64,000 bases of DNA from Alphaproteobacteria bacterium (GTDB lineage: Bacteria; Pseudomonadota; Alphaproteobacteria; UBA828), in the NCBI GenBank assembly GCA_965220745.1, contig CBDCQT010000011.1, positions 512,001 to 576,000 of the forward strand, written 5' to 3'. Every line of letters begins with the position of its first letter. Position 1 is the first letter of the stretch. This document shows, piece after piece, positions 33,469 through 43,123 of the stretch. The position numbers and the translations under genes were made by a program. Below the pieces are notes generated by a model. That model ran no database searches, was not told the DNA's origin, and saw only the letters and a list, made by a program, of their open reading frames with translations.

Positions 33469-34635
33469 ATGAAGATCAGGAGCATCACGGCATGCTGGGT
33501 GCATGTGCCGATCCCCAAGGCGCAGCAGCACAAGAGCGATCTCGGCGTCGCCGACTTCTTCGATGCCACGATCGTGCGGGTTGAGACCGAATGCGGCCTC
33601 GTGGGCTGGGGCGAGGCGAAGGCGTCGGTCGGCAGCATGGGCAACAACGCGGCGATGGCTGCGCTCATCAACCGCGACCTGGGCCCGGCGCTGATCGGCG
33701 AGGACCCGCGCAACCCGCGTCGGCTGTGGGAGATCGGCTACAACGGCAGCCGTGCCCACTTTGCGCTGACACGCGGCCAGGCCTTCCCTGCGCTGGACCG
33801 CCGCGGCAGCCGGATCAGCGCCATCGGCGCCATCGACATGGCCTGCTGGGACATCCTGGGCCGCTCCCTGGATGTGCCGGTTTGGCAGCTGCTCGGCGGC
33901 AAGTGCCGGGATGCCATGCCGGCCTACGCCTCCGGCGGCTGGGCGCCCGCCGAGGCCATCGGCGCACAACTGGAAGGCTACATCGCGCGCGGCGGATTTG
34001 GCGCGGTGAAGATGCGGGTCGGCGCGGGCGACGGCGACGTCATCACCTCGGTGCGTCGGGTTCGGGCCGCGCGCGCCCATCTGGGCTGCGATATCCAGAT
34101 CATGGTGGACTCCCACGGCACGTTTTCGGTCAAGGAGGCGCTTCGCTTCGTGCGGCTCGTCGAGGGCTGCGGCCTCGCCTGGTTCGAGGAGCCGGTGAAT
34201 GTCGATGACCGGGCCGGCATGGCGACCGTGCGGGCCGCGAGCGACATCCCCATCGCCGCCGGCGAGAGCGAGTTCACCCGCTTCGATTTCCGCGAGCTGT
34301 TGGAGCATAAGGCCGTGGACTACTTCCAGCCCGATCTCGCCATCGCGGGCGGCATCACCGAGGCCATGCGGATCGCCGCTCTGGCCGAGAGCCACGGCAT
34401 CAAGCTCGCGCCCCACCTCTGGGGCGGCGCGCTCAACTTCGCCGCCGGGCTCCAGGTCATGGCCGCCTCGCCTGCGGCGGTCATCGCCGAATACTCCCTC
34501 GGCGCCAATCCGCTGCTCCACGATCTCGCCGAGGAGAGCTTCGAGGTGGTCGACGGCATGATCGCCATCCCCGACCGTCCCGGCCTCGGCGTCACGATCG
34601 ACGAAGAGTTTCTCGCCGCCCACACCGTCGATTAG
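33469..34635 (+). CDS. Mandelate racemase/muconate lactonizing enzyme family (enolase superfamily)
   Basis: IDMACWDILG, KMR, metal ligands D (MVDSH), E (WFEEP), E (AGESE), QPD, APH, PGLG. Confidence 0.92.
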   Translation: MKIRSITACWVHVPIPKAQQHKSDLGVADFFDATIVRVETECGLVGWGEAKASVGSMGNNAAMAALINRDLGPALIGEDPRNPRRLWEIGYNGSRAHFALTRGQAFPALDRRGSRISAIGAIDMACWDILGRSLDVPVWQLLGGKCRDAMPAYASGGWAPAEAIGAQLEGYIARGGFGAVKMRVGAGDGDVITSVRRVRAARAHLGCDIQIMVDSHGTFSVKEALRFVRLVEGCGLAWFEEPVNVDDRAGMATVRAASDIPIAAGESEFTRFDFRELLEHKAVDYFQPDLAIAGGITEAMRIAALAESHGIKLAPHLWGGALNFAAGLQVMAASPAAVIAEYSLGANPLLHDLAEESFEVVDGMIAIPDRPGLGVTIDEEFLAAHTVD

Positions 34636-34740
34636 CCTGCGCGACATCGTCGTCTTCTGGGATTCGGCGGCCGGGCGGCTATGATGCGCGGCCGGCCGCG
34701 CCGGGCGCGGTCCCACCCGCCATTCAGGAGAGACGCCGCC

Positions 34741-35130
34741 ATGCCCAACGAGATGTACGAGAAAGGCCTGCAAATCCGGCGCGAGGTGCTGGGCTCGGAG
34801 TACGTGGACCGCGCCATCGGCAGCGCCGACGACTTCAACAAGGAATTCCAGGAGATCCTGACCGAGTACTGCTGGGGCGCGGTGTGGGGCCGGCCGGGGC
34901 TGAGCCGCAAGCAGCGCAGCCTCAACAACATCTGCATGCTCTCTGCGCTGGGCCGCAGTCACGAGCTCGAACTGCATCTCAAGGGCGCGCTCACCAACGG
35001 CGTGACCGTCGACGAGATCAAGGAGACGCTGATCCAGGTCGCCGTCTACTGTGGCGCGCCGGCGGCGGTCGAGGGCTTCCGCATCGCGCGCCGTGTCGTG
35101 GACGAGCACCGCAAGGCGGAGGCGGGCTGA
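34741..35130 (+). CDS. Carboxymuconolactone decarboxylase (AhpD-like) family protein
   Basis: GLQIRREVLG..YVD, WGAVWGRPGL, HLKGALTNG, VAVYCGAPA. Confidence 0.9.
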   Translation: MPNEMYEKGLQIRREVLGSEYVDRAIGSADDFNKEFQEILTEYCWGAVWGRPGLSRKQRSLNNICMLSALGRSHELELHLKGALTNGVTVDEIKETLIQVAVYCGAPAAVEGFRIARRVVDEHRKAEAG

Positions 35131-35990
35131 TGCCGACCTTGGGTTTCATCGGCCTCGGCAGCATGGGCGGCCCCATGGCGCACAATCTCGCCGCCGCCGG
35201 TCACGAGGTGGTGTGCTTCGATGCTGCGGGCACGGAAGCGCTGGCACCGCCGGACGCTCCCACGGCCGGGTCCGCGGCGGAGGTCGCGCAGAGGGCCCGC
35301 ATCGTCTTCCTCTGCCTGCCCGACGGGCCCGTGGTCCTGCACGTGGCACGCGAGATGGCCGACTGTCCCGACCGCGCGGTCGAGATCGTGGTGGACAGCA
35401 CCACCGCCGGTATGCCGGACGCCCGCGCAGCCCACGACGTGCTGGCCGAGGCCGGCATCCGCTACGCCGATGCGCCGGTGAGCGGCGGCACCAAGGGCTC
35501 GAAGGCCGGCACGCTCGCCATGATGGTGGCCGCGCCCGACGATCTCTACGCCGAGATCGAGCCCTACATCCGCCCGATGGCGGCGAACGCCCGCCATGTC
35601 GGCACCGAGCCGGGCCAGGGCATGGCGATGAAGCTGCTCAACAACTTCCTGTCGGCGACGGCGATGGCGGCGACCAGCGAGGCGGTGGCCTTCGGCGTCT
35701 CCCAGGGCCTCGACATGATGACGATTCTGGAGACGGTCAACGTCTCCACCGGACGCAACACAGCGACCGAGGACAAGTTCCCCAACCGCATCGCCACCGG
35801 CGCGTTCGATGCCGGCTTCGCCACCAAGCTCATGGCCAAGGATCTCCGGCTCTACGAGGCGAGCGTCACGGCCACCGGCTCGCCGCGCCGCCTTGCCGGG
35901 CAGCTCCGCGAAATCTGGGACGGTCTGGAGGCCGCCCGCCCGGATTCCGACTTCACAGAGATCTACCGGCACGTGCGGGACGGCCAGTAA
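35130..35990 (+). CDS. 3-hydroxyisobutyrate dehydrogenase-family NAD(P) oxidoreductase
   Basis: GFIGLGSMG, DAPVSGG, catalytic MKLLNN, LMAKDL; TGATG overlap with the upstream gene. Confidence 0.92.
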   Translation: MPTLGFIGLGSMGGPMAHNLAAAGHEVVCFDAAGTEALAPPDAPTAGSAAEVAQRARIVFLCLPDGPVVLHVAREMADCPDRAVEIVVDSTTAGMPDARAAHDVLAEAGIRYADAPVSGGTKGSKAGTLAMMVAAPDDLYAEIEPYIRPMAANARHVGTEPGQGMAMKLLNNFLSATAMAATSEAVAFGVSQGLDMMTILETVNVSTGRNTATEDKFPNRIATGAFDAGFATKLMAKDLRLYEASVTATGSPRRLAGQLREIWDGLEAARPDSDFTEIYRHVRDGQ

Positions 35991-36012
35991 CGATATCGTC
36001 CGGCCGAACAAC

Positions 36013-36126
36013 CCCCACCTCACCCTGACCCTCTCCGCCCCTAGGGGCGGAGAGGGAACGCAGGCGGCGCCGCCTTCTCTCCCTCTCCTCCCCGCCGGGG
36101 AGGAGAGGGCTGGGGAGAGGAGGGGG
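36013..36126. repeat. Palindromic double-hairpin repeat, copy 2
   Basis: CCCACCTCACCCTGACCCTCTCCGCCCCTAGGGGCGGAGAGGG..CCCTCTCCTCCCCGCCGGGGAGGAGAGGGCTGGGGAGAGGAGGGG; same family as 14265-14375. Confidence 0.85.
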
Positions 36127-36197
36127 ACTGCTTCCGTCCTTCATGTTGGTGGACGGACGACTTGCCGCACTCCGCCGGGGTGATTAGCCTCAAGCCC

Positions 36198-36491
36198 ATG
36201 GAAGACGGGGCGCCGACCCACTACGTGGTCGTCGAGGGGCTGGCGGGCGAGGACTCGACCTGGCGCGTCGTCCGGGCCGAGGAGCACGCGCGCGGGCGCA
36301 GGCTCTACGCCTTCGTCGGGACGTGTCAGACCCGCCGTGCGGCGCTTTCGCTCGCGCGTGCGCTCAACGAGAAGCGTGCCGTCGACGAGGAAACGCTACG
36401 GGCTGCGGCCCTGCGAGGGCAGGCCCTTGCCCCCGGCCGCGCCGACATCGCGCCCGCGCCCGACCCCTACAGGCTGAGGCCTTCCTGCTGA
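36198..36491 (+). CDS. Small hypothetical protein
   Basis: 97-aa ORF with GC3-rich codons filling an otherwise empty interval; no motif recognised. Confidence 0.45.
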   Translation: MEDGAPTHYVVVEGLAGEDSTWRVVRAEEHARGRRLYAFVGTCQTRRAALSLARALNEKRAVDEETLRAAALRGQALAPGRADIAPAPDPYRLRPSC

Positions 36492-36620
36492 GACTCTTTG
36501 TGGCTCACGGCAGCCGGCCTACGGCCGGCGCCTCCGCGAGGGCGCCGCAGGAGCGGCGGGCCGCGGTCGCGGCCTGTCGCGAGTCCGTCAGAGACGAACT
36601 CGCTCAAAGGTCATCTACTC

Positions 36621-37256
36621 TTAAACGTTTCGCTTCCTGATCTCGTCGAGGTAGTCGAGCACGCGCTCGGACGAGACGATGTCGGCGTAGCGGCGGCCGA
36701 CATCGCGCAGGTTGTCCCGGTGCGGCCGCTCGTCGGCGTCGCCGACGCAGTCCTCCGGCACCATGGTGCGGTAGCCGTAGGAGAAGGAATCGATCACGGA
36801 CGCCCGAATGCAGCCGCTGGTCATGCAGCCCATGACGATGGTCGTGTCCACGCTGTGCTTGGTGAGGAAGGCGGTCACCGGGGTCTGGAAGAAGATCGAG
36901 GGGCCCGACTTGCGCAGGATGTAGTCGTAATCCGGGTCGGAGGTGCGGGGCTCCATCTCGGCGCAGGGATCGCCCTCGAAGAAGCTCTCGCGCACCGGCG
37001 CGATCTTCCAGTAGGGCATGTCGCCCTCGGAGTGATAGGCGGTGTAGCAGTTGGCGACCGGCACCCGCGCCGCGCGCGCGGCATCGAGCACTCGTGCGGT
37101 GTTCTCCACGGCACGATGCACCAGTGGGCAGTTGCCGAGGGGAAACTCCGGTTGGGTGAAGCCGGTCTGGAAATCGACCACGAGGATGCCCGGCCGCTCG
37201 CCGAAGCCGATCTCCATCGCGCCGTAGCCGATGTCCTGATAGGTGTCGTCGCTCAT
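36621..37256 (-). CDS. Isochorismatase-family cysteine hydrolase (N-carbamoylsarcosine/maleamate amidase-like)
   Basis: GFGERPGILVVDFQ (Asp), K.GPSIFF (Lys), TSGCIRAS (Cys). Confidence 0.9.
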   Translation of the reverse strand: MSDDTYQDIGYGAMEIGFGERPGILVVDFQTGFTQPEFPLGNCPLVHRAVENTARVLDAARAARVPVANCYTAYHSEGDMPYWKIAPVRESFFEGDPCAEMEPRTSDPDYDYILRKSGPSIFFQTPVTAFLTKHSVDTTIVMGCMTSGCIRASVIDSFSYGYRTMVPEDCVGDADERPHRDNLRDVGRRYADIVSSERVLDYLDEIRKRNV

Positions 37257-37290
37257 CGCGTTCCCCCTTGTCGCCGCCTTCTGCGGCGGC

Positions 37291-38094
37291 TCAAGCGACC
37301 GATCCGGCGGCGCCGATGCCGTAGGGTGCGGCCCAGCCCAGGCCCTCCAGCGTGCCGTCCTTGGGCCGGTATTCGCAGCCGATCCAGCCGTCGTATCCCG
37401 CCGCATCCAGCGTGTCGAAGAGGTAGGGATAGTTGATCTCGCCGACGTCGGGCTCGTGGCGGCCGGGGACGCCGGATACCTGGATGTGGGCGATGATCGC
37501 GCGATGCTGGGCGAAGCCGGCCGCTAGGCTGCCTTCCATGATTTGGCGGTGATAGAAGTCGTACTGGAGGAAGAGGTTCTTGCTCCCCACCGTCTCGATC
37601 ACCCGCTGGGCGTGGCCGGCGGTCGACAGCAGATAGCCCGGATTGTCGACCGTGTTCAGCGGCTCGATCAGGGTGCGGATGCCCTCGCGGCCGAACGCGT
37701 CCGCCGCATAGGCGAGGTTCTCGATATACGTGTCCTCGTAAGCGCGCGCGTCGGCGCCATTGGGCACGATAGCGGCCAGCACATGAACCTGGCGGCAGCC
37801 CAGTGCATCGGCGTAGCGGAGCGCGTTGTCCACCGAGCGGTGGAAGTCGTCCTGCCTGCCCGGCAATCCGGTGATGCCCCGCTCTCCAGCCTCCCAATTC
37901 CCCGGCGAGAGATTGAAGAGCGCCTGGCTCAGCCCGTTGTCGCCGAGTCGGGCCGCGATCTCCGCTGGCGGCGCCAAATCGTAGGGAAACAGGAATTCGA
38001 CCGCCTTGAAGCCCGCGCGCCGCGCCGCCTCGAAGCGGTCGAGAAAGTCGTGTTCCTGGAAGAGGAAGCTGAGATTGGCGGCGAACTTCGGCAT
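37291..38094 (-). CDS. Hydroxypyruvate isomerase family (Hyi/OtnI)
   Basis: MPKFAANLSFLF, VEFLFPY, IEPLN, YDFYHRQ, PGRHEP, GCEY.P. Confidence 0.93.
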   Translation of the reverse strand: MPKFAANLSFLFQEHDFLDRFEAARRAGFKAVEFLFPYDLAPPAEIAARLGDNGLSQALFNLSPGNWEAGERGITGLPGRQDDFHRSVDNALRYADALGCRQVHVLAAIVPNGADARAYEDTYIENLAYAADAFGREGIRTLIEPLNTVDNPGYLLSTAGHAQRVIETVGSKNLFLQYDFYHRQIMEGSLAAGFAQHRAIIAHIQVSGVPGRHEPDVGEINYPYLFDTLDAAGYDGWIGCEYRPKDGTLEGLGWAAPYGIGAAGSVA

Positions 38095-38133
38095 GGTCCC
38101 TCCGGCGCCCGGCGGCCCCGGCGAGGCTGAGCG

Positions 38134-38343
38134 TTAGAAGCAACCGAGCGCGGCGCCCGCCCGCTCGATCCACATGACGAGATATGAGTCGGTGACGCTT
38201 TGGTAGGCATCGGTGGCGAGCGCGTAGCAGGTGTCCGCGTGCGCTGCGACGAGGCCTGCGCCGAGCAACGCCGCCGCTCCGATCAGGAGCCTGCGGCGGC
38301 CTGCGCCCCCACGCCTGCGCCGATCTGCCGTCGCCAAAGCCAT
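38134..38343 (-). CDS. Small membrane-anchored/exported hypothetical protein (69 aa)
   Basis: Arg-rich N-region, hydrophobic segment, two Cys, ends GCF; co-oriented just upstream of the hyi-like gene. Confidence 0.5.
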   Translation of the reverse strand: MALATADRRRRGGAGRRRLLIGAAALLGAGLVAAHADTCYALATDAYQSVTDSYLVMWIERAGAALGCF

Positions 38344-38483
38344 CGCGAAGACATTATGCGCCCACGCGGTCGCATTGCATATCCCTCACGCGCCGGGCAG
38401 GCGGCAGCCGTGGTGAGAACTCCGGGTTGATGGGATGATGCGGCGGATGAGTGTCGAACCAGCGCCATGGAGGGGAGCGACAC

Positions 38484-38984
38484 ATGGGCACACGCGAGTG
38501 GTTGATGAGCGAGCGCAATCTGGCCGACGAGCCGGTCGATAATCTCGGGGACATGAGCGAGAGCGAGCGGGCCAATCTCGCGCTCCTCGTCAGGCAATGC
38601 CGGGGCTGGTCGAGCCAGAACATCGACGAGGTGGTGGCGGTCATGGCCGAAGACGGGGTCTATCACGACATCACACTGCCGCCTGCGGTGGGCCATGACG
38701 CGATCCGCGCGTTTGGCGCCGGCTGGCTCGACGCGGTGCCCGACCTTTCGCTCTACATCGAGGCGTTCTGCGTCCAGGGCAATGTCGTCTGCGACATGGG
38801 CTGGATGAGCGGCACCATCACGAAGGACTACTTCGGCCTTGCCGGCACGGGCCAGCGCTTCGACTGCCAGTTCTCCCAGATCTGCTTCGTCGAGGACGGC
38901 AGGATCAAGTACCTGCGCGGCCTCTGGAACGCGCCCGACATGTACAACCAGGTGGGATGGGACCTGGCAGGCCTGAAACGCTAG
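38484..38984 (+). CDS. NTF2/SnoaL-like (ester cyclase family) protein
   Basis: DGVYHD..P.VGHDAIR, W.DAVPDL, GTGQRF, EDGRIKYLR..WN; GGAGG RBS. Confidence 0.85.
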   Translation: MGTREWLMSERNLADEPVDNLGDMSESERANLALLVRQCRGWSSQNIDEVVAVMAEDGVYHDITLPPAVGHDAIRAFGAGWLDAVPDLSLYIEAFCVQGNVVCDMGWMSGTITKDYFGLAGTGQRFDCQFSQICFVEDGRIKYLRGLWNAPDMYNQVGWDLAGLKR

Positions 38985-39961
38985 GCGGTTTCTCCGGTCT
39001 GAGCTGCGTCATCCGAGCGGAACGCGGGGTCCCAGCGGGAGAAATACCAGGAGCCGTCGATCGCGGGGTCGAGCGGGTCGCCGTCGCCGCGATTGACCCA
39101 GGCGTCGTACTTCTCCCGCTCCTCCTGCGCCCACGCCATCATGTCGGGGCGGAAGGCAGGGTCGTCGCCCTTGCGCATCCGGGGGCCGCGGATCAGCACG
39201 CCCTCCAGTCCCGTCGGGTCGCTCGGGCGCTGCCAGCGCACGTCGATCGCCCAGCGCACTTGGTTCGAGCGGTTCCAGAGCCCGCGGTGCGGCATGTTCT
39301 CGTGGATGAACAGCACCGAGCCCTTGCGCATGGCGCAGGTCACCAGATCGCCGGGTGGCAGGTCGTTTTCGTCGATGTAGAGATACCAGGAACGCGGATC
39401 GCCGATCACCTTCTCGACCTTGTGGCGGGCGTTGCCGCCGGGCCTGTGGCCGCCGCGCACCACCTGCAGGCAGCCGTTCTCCTCGCCCACGTCAAGCAGC
39501 GGGATCCAGCAGGCGGGCTGCACCGTGCCCTGCCCGTTCGCCGCGAGATAGCCCGAATCCTGGTGCCACGGCACCGTCATGAGCACGTTTTCCGGCACCT
39601 TGGGGCGCACGTTCCAGATCGCGCCGCCCTCGATGTCGGGGCCGATGATCGCGGCCACGATGTCGAGCAGGCGGTCCGACGACCAGAGTGCCGCGAGCGC
39701 CGGCCCCATGGGCGTGGAGATCTGCATGAGACCGGGCGCTTCGTCGTACTCGGCCGCGACCTTGGCCATGCGGGTGAAGAAGCTCTCATCCGCGTAGGCG
39801 CTGGTGATCCGACCCGCCGCGAACAGGCGCCCGGCGAGGGAATCGACGGCCCCGGCGATCTCGTCGATCACCGGCTGAAGGTCGTCGTCCGACAACAACC
39901 CCTCGACCATGAGGAACCCGTCGCTCTGGTATTGCGCCAACTGCTCGGCACTGATCGTCAC
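38981..39961 (-). CDS. Phytanoyl-CoA dioxygenase family Fe(II)/2-oxoglutarate oxygenase
   Basis: QYQSDGFL, facial triad WHQD...HRG, ENGCLQVVRGGH, NRSNQVRW. Confidence 0.92.
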   Translation of the reverse strand: MTISAEQLAQYQSDGFLMVEGLLSDDDLQPVIDEIAGAVDSLAGRLFAAGRITSAYADESFFTRMAKVAAEYDEAPGLMQISTPMGPALAALWSSDRLLDIVAAIIGPDIEGGAIWNVRPKVPENVLMTVPWHQDSGYLAANGQGTVQPACWIPLLDVGEENGCLQVVRGGHRPGGNARHKVEKVIGDPRSWYLYIDENDLPPGDLVTCAMRKGSVLFIHENMPHRGLWNRSNQVRWAIDVRWQRPSDPTGLEGVLIRGPRMRKGDDPAFRPDMMAWAQEEREKYDAWVNRGDGDPLDPAIDGSWYFSRWDPAFRSDDAAQTGETA

Positions 39962-39995
39962 TGCATTCCCTCCCGCTCGGCAACGGGCGCCAGCG

Positions 39996-40745
39996 TCAGC
40001 GGACGCCCATCATGAGCTTGATGATCTCGTCCTGATCGGTCTCTCCGGTCTGGCGGATGCCCGCGAGCTGCCCCCGGTGCAGCACCATGATGCGGTCAGC
40101 CGTCGAGAAAATCTCCTGCAGATTATGACTCACGAATACCACGGCAACGCCGGTCTCGCGCAGGCGGCCGATCAGCTCCAGCACCTTGCCGATCTCGACC
40201 ACCGCGAGTGCGGCGGTCGGCTCGTCCATGAAGATGAGGCGCGCGTCCCAATAGAGCGCGCGGCTGATGGCGACCGCCTTCTTCTGACCGCCCGAGAGAT
40301 AGCCCACCTGCGCGGTCGGCGACAGCGAGCCGAGGCCGAGGCTCTCCAGCAGTTCCGCCGCCTCGGCGATCATGCGCCGCCGGTCGATGGTCTTGACCCG
40401 CGTGCGCAGCAGCCGGCCGAGGAAGACGTTCTCCCAGACCTCAAGCTCGTCCACCAGCGCCATGTCCTGGTAGATGACCTCGATGCCGCGCTCGCGCGAA
40501 TCCCGCGGGGTCGCGAAGGCCACCTCCTGGTCGGCGAAGACGATCTCGCCTGCGTTGGGGCGGTGGACTCCCGAGACCAGCTTGATCAGTGTCGACTTGC
40601 CCGCGCCGTTGTCGCCGACGAGGCCCAGCACCTCGTTGCCGTGCGCTTCGAAGCTCACGCCGTCCAGCGCCACGACATGGTCGAAGCGCTTGGAGAGCCC
40701 ACGCACCTTCAGGAGGGCTCCGTCAGCGCCGGTGGCAGGCGTCAT
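39996..40745 (-). CDS. CUT2 sugar ABC transporter ATP-binding protein (single NBD)
   Basis: GDNGAGKST, LSGGQ, MDEPTAAL, VSHN; ATG 40745 overlaps the permease stop (alternative start 40763). Confidence 0.92.
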   Translation of the reverse strand: MTPATGADGALLKVRGLSKRFDHVVALDGVSFEAHGNEVLGLVGDNGAGKSTLIKLVSGVHRPNAGEIVFADQEVAFATPRDSRERGIEVIYQDMALVDELEVWENVFLGRLLRTRVKTIDRRRMIAEAAELLESLGLGSLSPTAQVGYLSGGQKKAVAISRALYWDARLIFMDEPTAALAVVEIGKVLELIGRLRETGVAVVFVSHNLQEIFSTADRIMVLHRGQLAGIRQTGETDQDEIIKLMMGVR

Positions 40746-41719
40746 GGTGTGCTGGTCCGCCATCGTTCCTCGAAGATCTCGGTGACGCGCCACAGCACGA
40801 CGGCGGCGAGGATCAGCACCCCGCGCACGGCATCGACCCAGAAGCTGGAGATCGGCATGACGCTGAGCCCCGTCGTGATCACACCCAAGAGCAGCACCCC
40901 GCCGAGCGGCCCCATCATGGTGCCCTTGCCGCCGGCGAGGCTCACCCCGCCGATCACCGCGGCGGCGAAGACCTCGAACACCATGCCCTGCCCGAGGTTG
41001 ATGGTCACCGCCTGCAGCCGGCCGGCCAGCACCCAGGCCGCCAGCGCGCCCAGCATACCGGAAAGGATGAAGGCGGTGAGCGTGCGCCGGTCGACCCGGA
41101 TGCCGGCGGCGAATGCGGCTTCGCGGTTGCCGCCGATCGCGTAGAGATCGCGGCCGAAGCCGGTGTAGCTGAGGACGAACTGGCTGACGACGAACAGGCT
41201 GAGGAACAGGATCACCGACACCGGCAGAAGACCGCCGATGCTGTAGCCGCCGAGTGCGGCGAACGAAGGCGGCAGGTCGTACATCGTGTTGGCGTTGGTG
41301 AAGACGTAGGTGAAGCCCCGGAGCGCCAGCAGCATGGCGAGCGTCACGATGAAGGCGTTCACGCGGAGCTTGATGATGAAGAAGCTGTTGAGGCAGCCGA
41401 CCCCCGCCCCCATCCCCAGCATGAGGACGATGACGAGCGCCGGCGGCAGCTGCCAGCCCGAGCCGAAGAACGCATTGGTCGACACCATCCAGGCGCCCAC
41501 CAGCGCGGTGAAACCAAGCGTCGATTCCGAGGACAGATCGAAGCGACCGGCGAGCAGGCAGAAAATCATGCCGATCACCAAGATGCCCAGGATCGACGAG
41601 TGCTCCAGCACGTTGATGAAGATTCGCACCGAAAGCAGGCGCGGCTCGACGGCGACGAACGCGATGGTCGTGAACAGGAGCACGATCCAGACCGCGTTCC
41701 TGAGGAGGAACCTGGTCAA
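40742..41719 (-). CDS. CUT2 (ribose-type) ABC permease
   Basis: FDLS, FIVTL, FGRDLYAIGGNREAA, AAVIGGVSLAGGKG. Confidence 0.92.
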   Translation of the reverse strand: MTRFLLRNAVWIVLLFTTIAFVAVEPRLLSVRIFINVLEHSSILGILVIGMIFCLLAGRFDLSSESTLGFTALVGAWMVSTNAFFGSGWQLPPALVIVLMLGMGAGVGCLNSFFIIKLRVNAFIVTLAMLLALRGFTYVFTNANTMYDLPPSFAALGGYSIGGLLPVSVILFLSLFVVSQFVLSYTGFGRDLYAIGGNREAAFAAGIRVDRRTLTAFILSGMLGALAAWVLAGRLQAVTINLGQGMVFEVFAAAVIGGVSLAGGKGTMMGPLGGVLLLGVITTGLSVMPISSFWVDAVRGVLILAAVVLWRVTEIFEERWRTSTP

Positions 41720-41805
41720 TCCCGGTCGCCTCGCCGTGTGAAGCCGATAAGGGTCACAAGAGGCCGCGGCGTCTCGCCGTCAAGCCGCCGCGGCTCATCG
41801 CCGAC

Positions 41806-41839
41806 TGCAGGAATCGGGCGGGCGCACCCGATTCCTGCA
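41806..41839. terminator. Intercistronic hairpin after the SBP gene (mRNA stabiliser or partial terminator)
   Basis: TGCAGGAATCGGG (41806-41818) pairs perfectly with CCCGATTCCTGCA (41827-41839). Confidence 0.6.
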
Positions 41840-41855
41840 TGCCCCAAGCGTGGGT

Positions 41856-42917
41856 CTACTGGTACTTCTTGATCGCGTTACCCCAGAGGGTGGGGTCGGT
41901 GTAGTTCGACTTGTCCACCGGGCGGCTCGGGGTCTCGATTTGCCAACCCTCGGTGGCCTCGGACCAGCGCGCCTCGATTCCGTGATACGGCGCGCCCGGA
42001 TTGTCGATGGGCCCGGCAGCGGTGATTTTGAAGCTGCCGTCGAGGTAGTGCTTGATGTAGTGAGCGAGGATCGTGCCGTAGCCCACCATGTCCTGAAGCG
42101 CGGACGCATCCCACAGGTCGTTGCCGATCAGGTCGAGGATGCGCGGGTCGGCATCGATTCCGGTCACCACGATGTGGCCGGGCTCGCCGATCTTCTTGAG
42201 CTGGCCGAGGGAATCGAGCGCGGCATCGACGCCCGGAATCACGTCGCTGCCCATGGTGATGCCGACCAGCTCGTTGGCGCTGGCGACCGACTTGGTGATG
42301 TCGAAGAACTCTTCCGGCGTCCAGTGCTGCAGCTTGCGGATCAGCTCGATCTTCGGGTGCTTCGCGAGCACCGCCTGGATCGCCTCGGACCGCTGGCGTG
42401 CGTTGACCTGGTCCATCGGACCGTGCAGCTCGAGCACCTTGCCCGCGATCTCGCCGCGCTGCTCCTCGATGCGCCTGACCAGCTCCTCGGCGGCGATCGT
42501 GCCGAGCGAGATGTTGTCGGCCCGTGCGATCAGCTCGACCTTGCCGCCCGCTGAAGTGCGGCCAAGCATGAAGACCGGAATGCCCGCCTCGTTGGCCTTC
42601 TTGACCGATATGGTGGCGGCCAGGCTGTCCACCGGACCGCCGACGATCGCGTCATAGCCGAGCGCGATGGCGGTCGCCCATTCGTCGGCTTCGCGCTTGG
42701 CGGAGATCTCCGCGTTCTTGATGACCGCATCCATGCCGAGGCTCTCGGAGACGTCCTGCCAGTTCCTGGCGATGACGATGTCGGCGGCGTTGTTGAGCTG
42801 TGGCGCGATGTAGATGACCTTGTAGCCATCCGCGCTCGCGCTATGGCCGCCGACCGCGATGCCGAGCGCAAGCACTGCGGCGATCGCCGCGTGTTTCAGG
42901 ATTTTCCCCGCCTGCAT
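41856..42917 (-). CDS. CUT2 sugar ABC substrate-binding protein (RbsB-like)
   Basis: Signal peptide; KANEAGIPVF, ADNISLG, VTGIDA; heads the operon. Confidence 0.88.
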   Translation of the reverse strand: MQAGKILKHAAIAAVLALGIAVGGHSASADGYKVIYIAPQLNNAADIVIARNWQDVSESLGMDAVIKNAEISAKREADEWATAIALGYDAIVGGPVDSLAATISVKKANEAGIPVFMLGRTSAGGKVELIARADNISLGTIAAEELVRRIEEQRGEIAGKVLELHGPMDQVNARQRSEAIQAVLAKHPKIELIRKLQHWTPEEFFDITKSVASANELVGITMGSDVIPGVDAALDSLGQLKKIGEPGHIVVTGIDADPRILDLIGNDLWDASALQDMVGYGTILAHYIKHYLDGSFKITAAGPIDNPGAPYHGIEARWSEATEGWQIETPSRPVDKSNYTDPTLWGNAIKKYQ

Positions 42918-43123
42918 GACTTCCTCTCCCTTGTATCTCCCGGCGGCCGCCCCGGTTGCACTGGTTTGATGTGGTTGGGGGACCGCGGGGATAGGATAGC
43001 CCGGCGCGGCCTGCCTCTGTCAAACAACGCGGGCCGCACACCCCACACCCGCCCCGCCATGCGGCAATCCGGGGTAGGATGGGGCGGTCGAAGGAAGGCG
43101 CGACAGCGTGGCGAGGCACGGCA

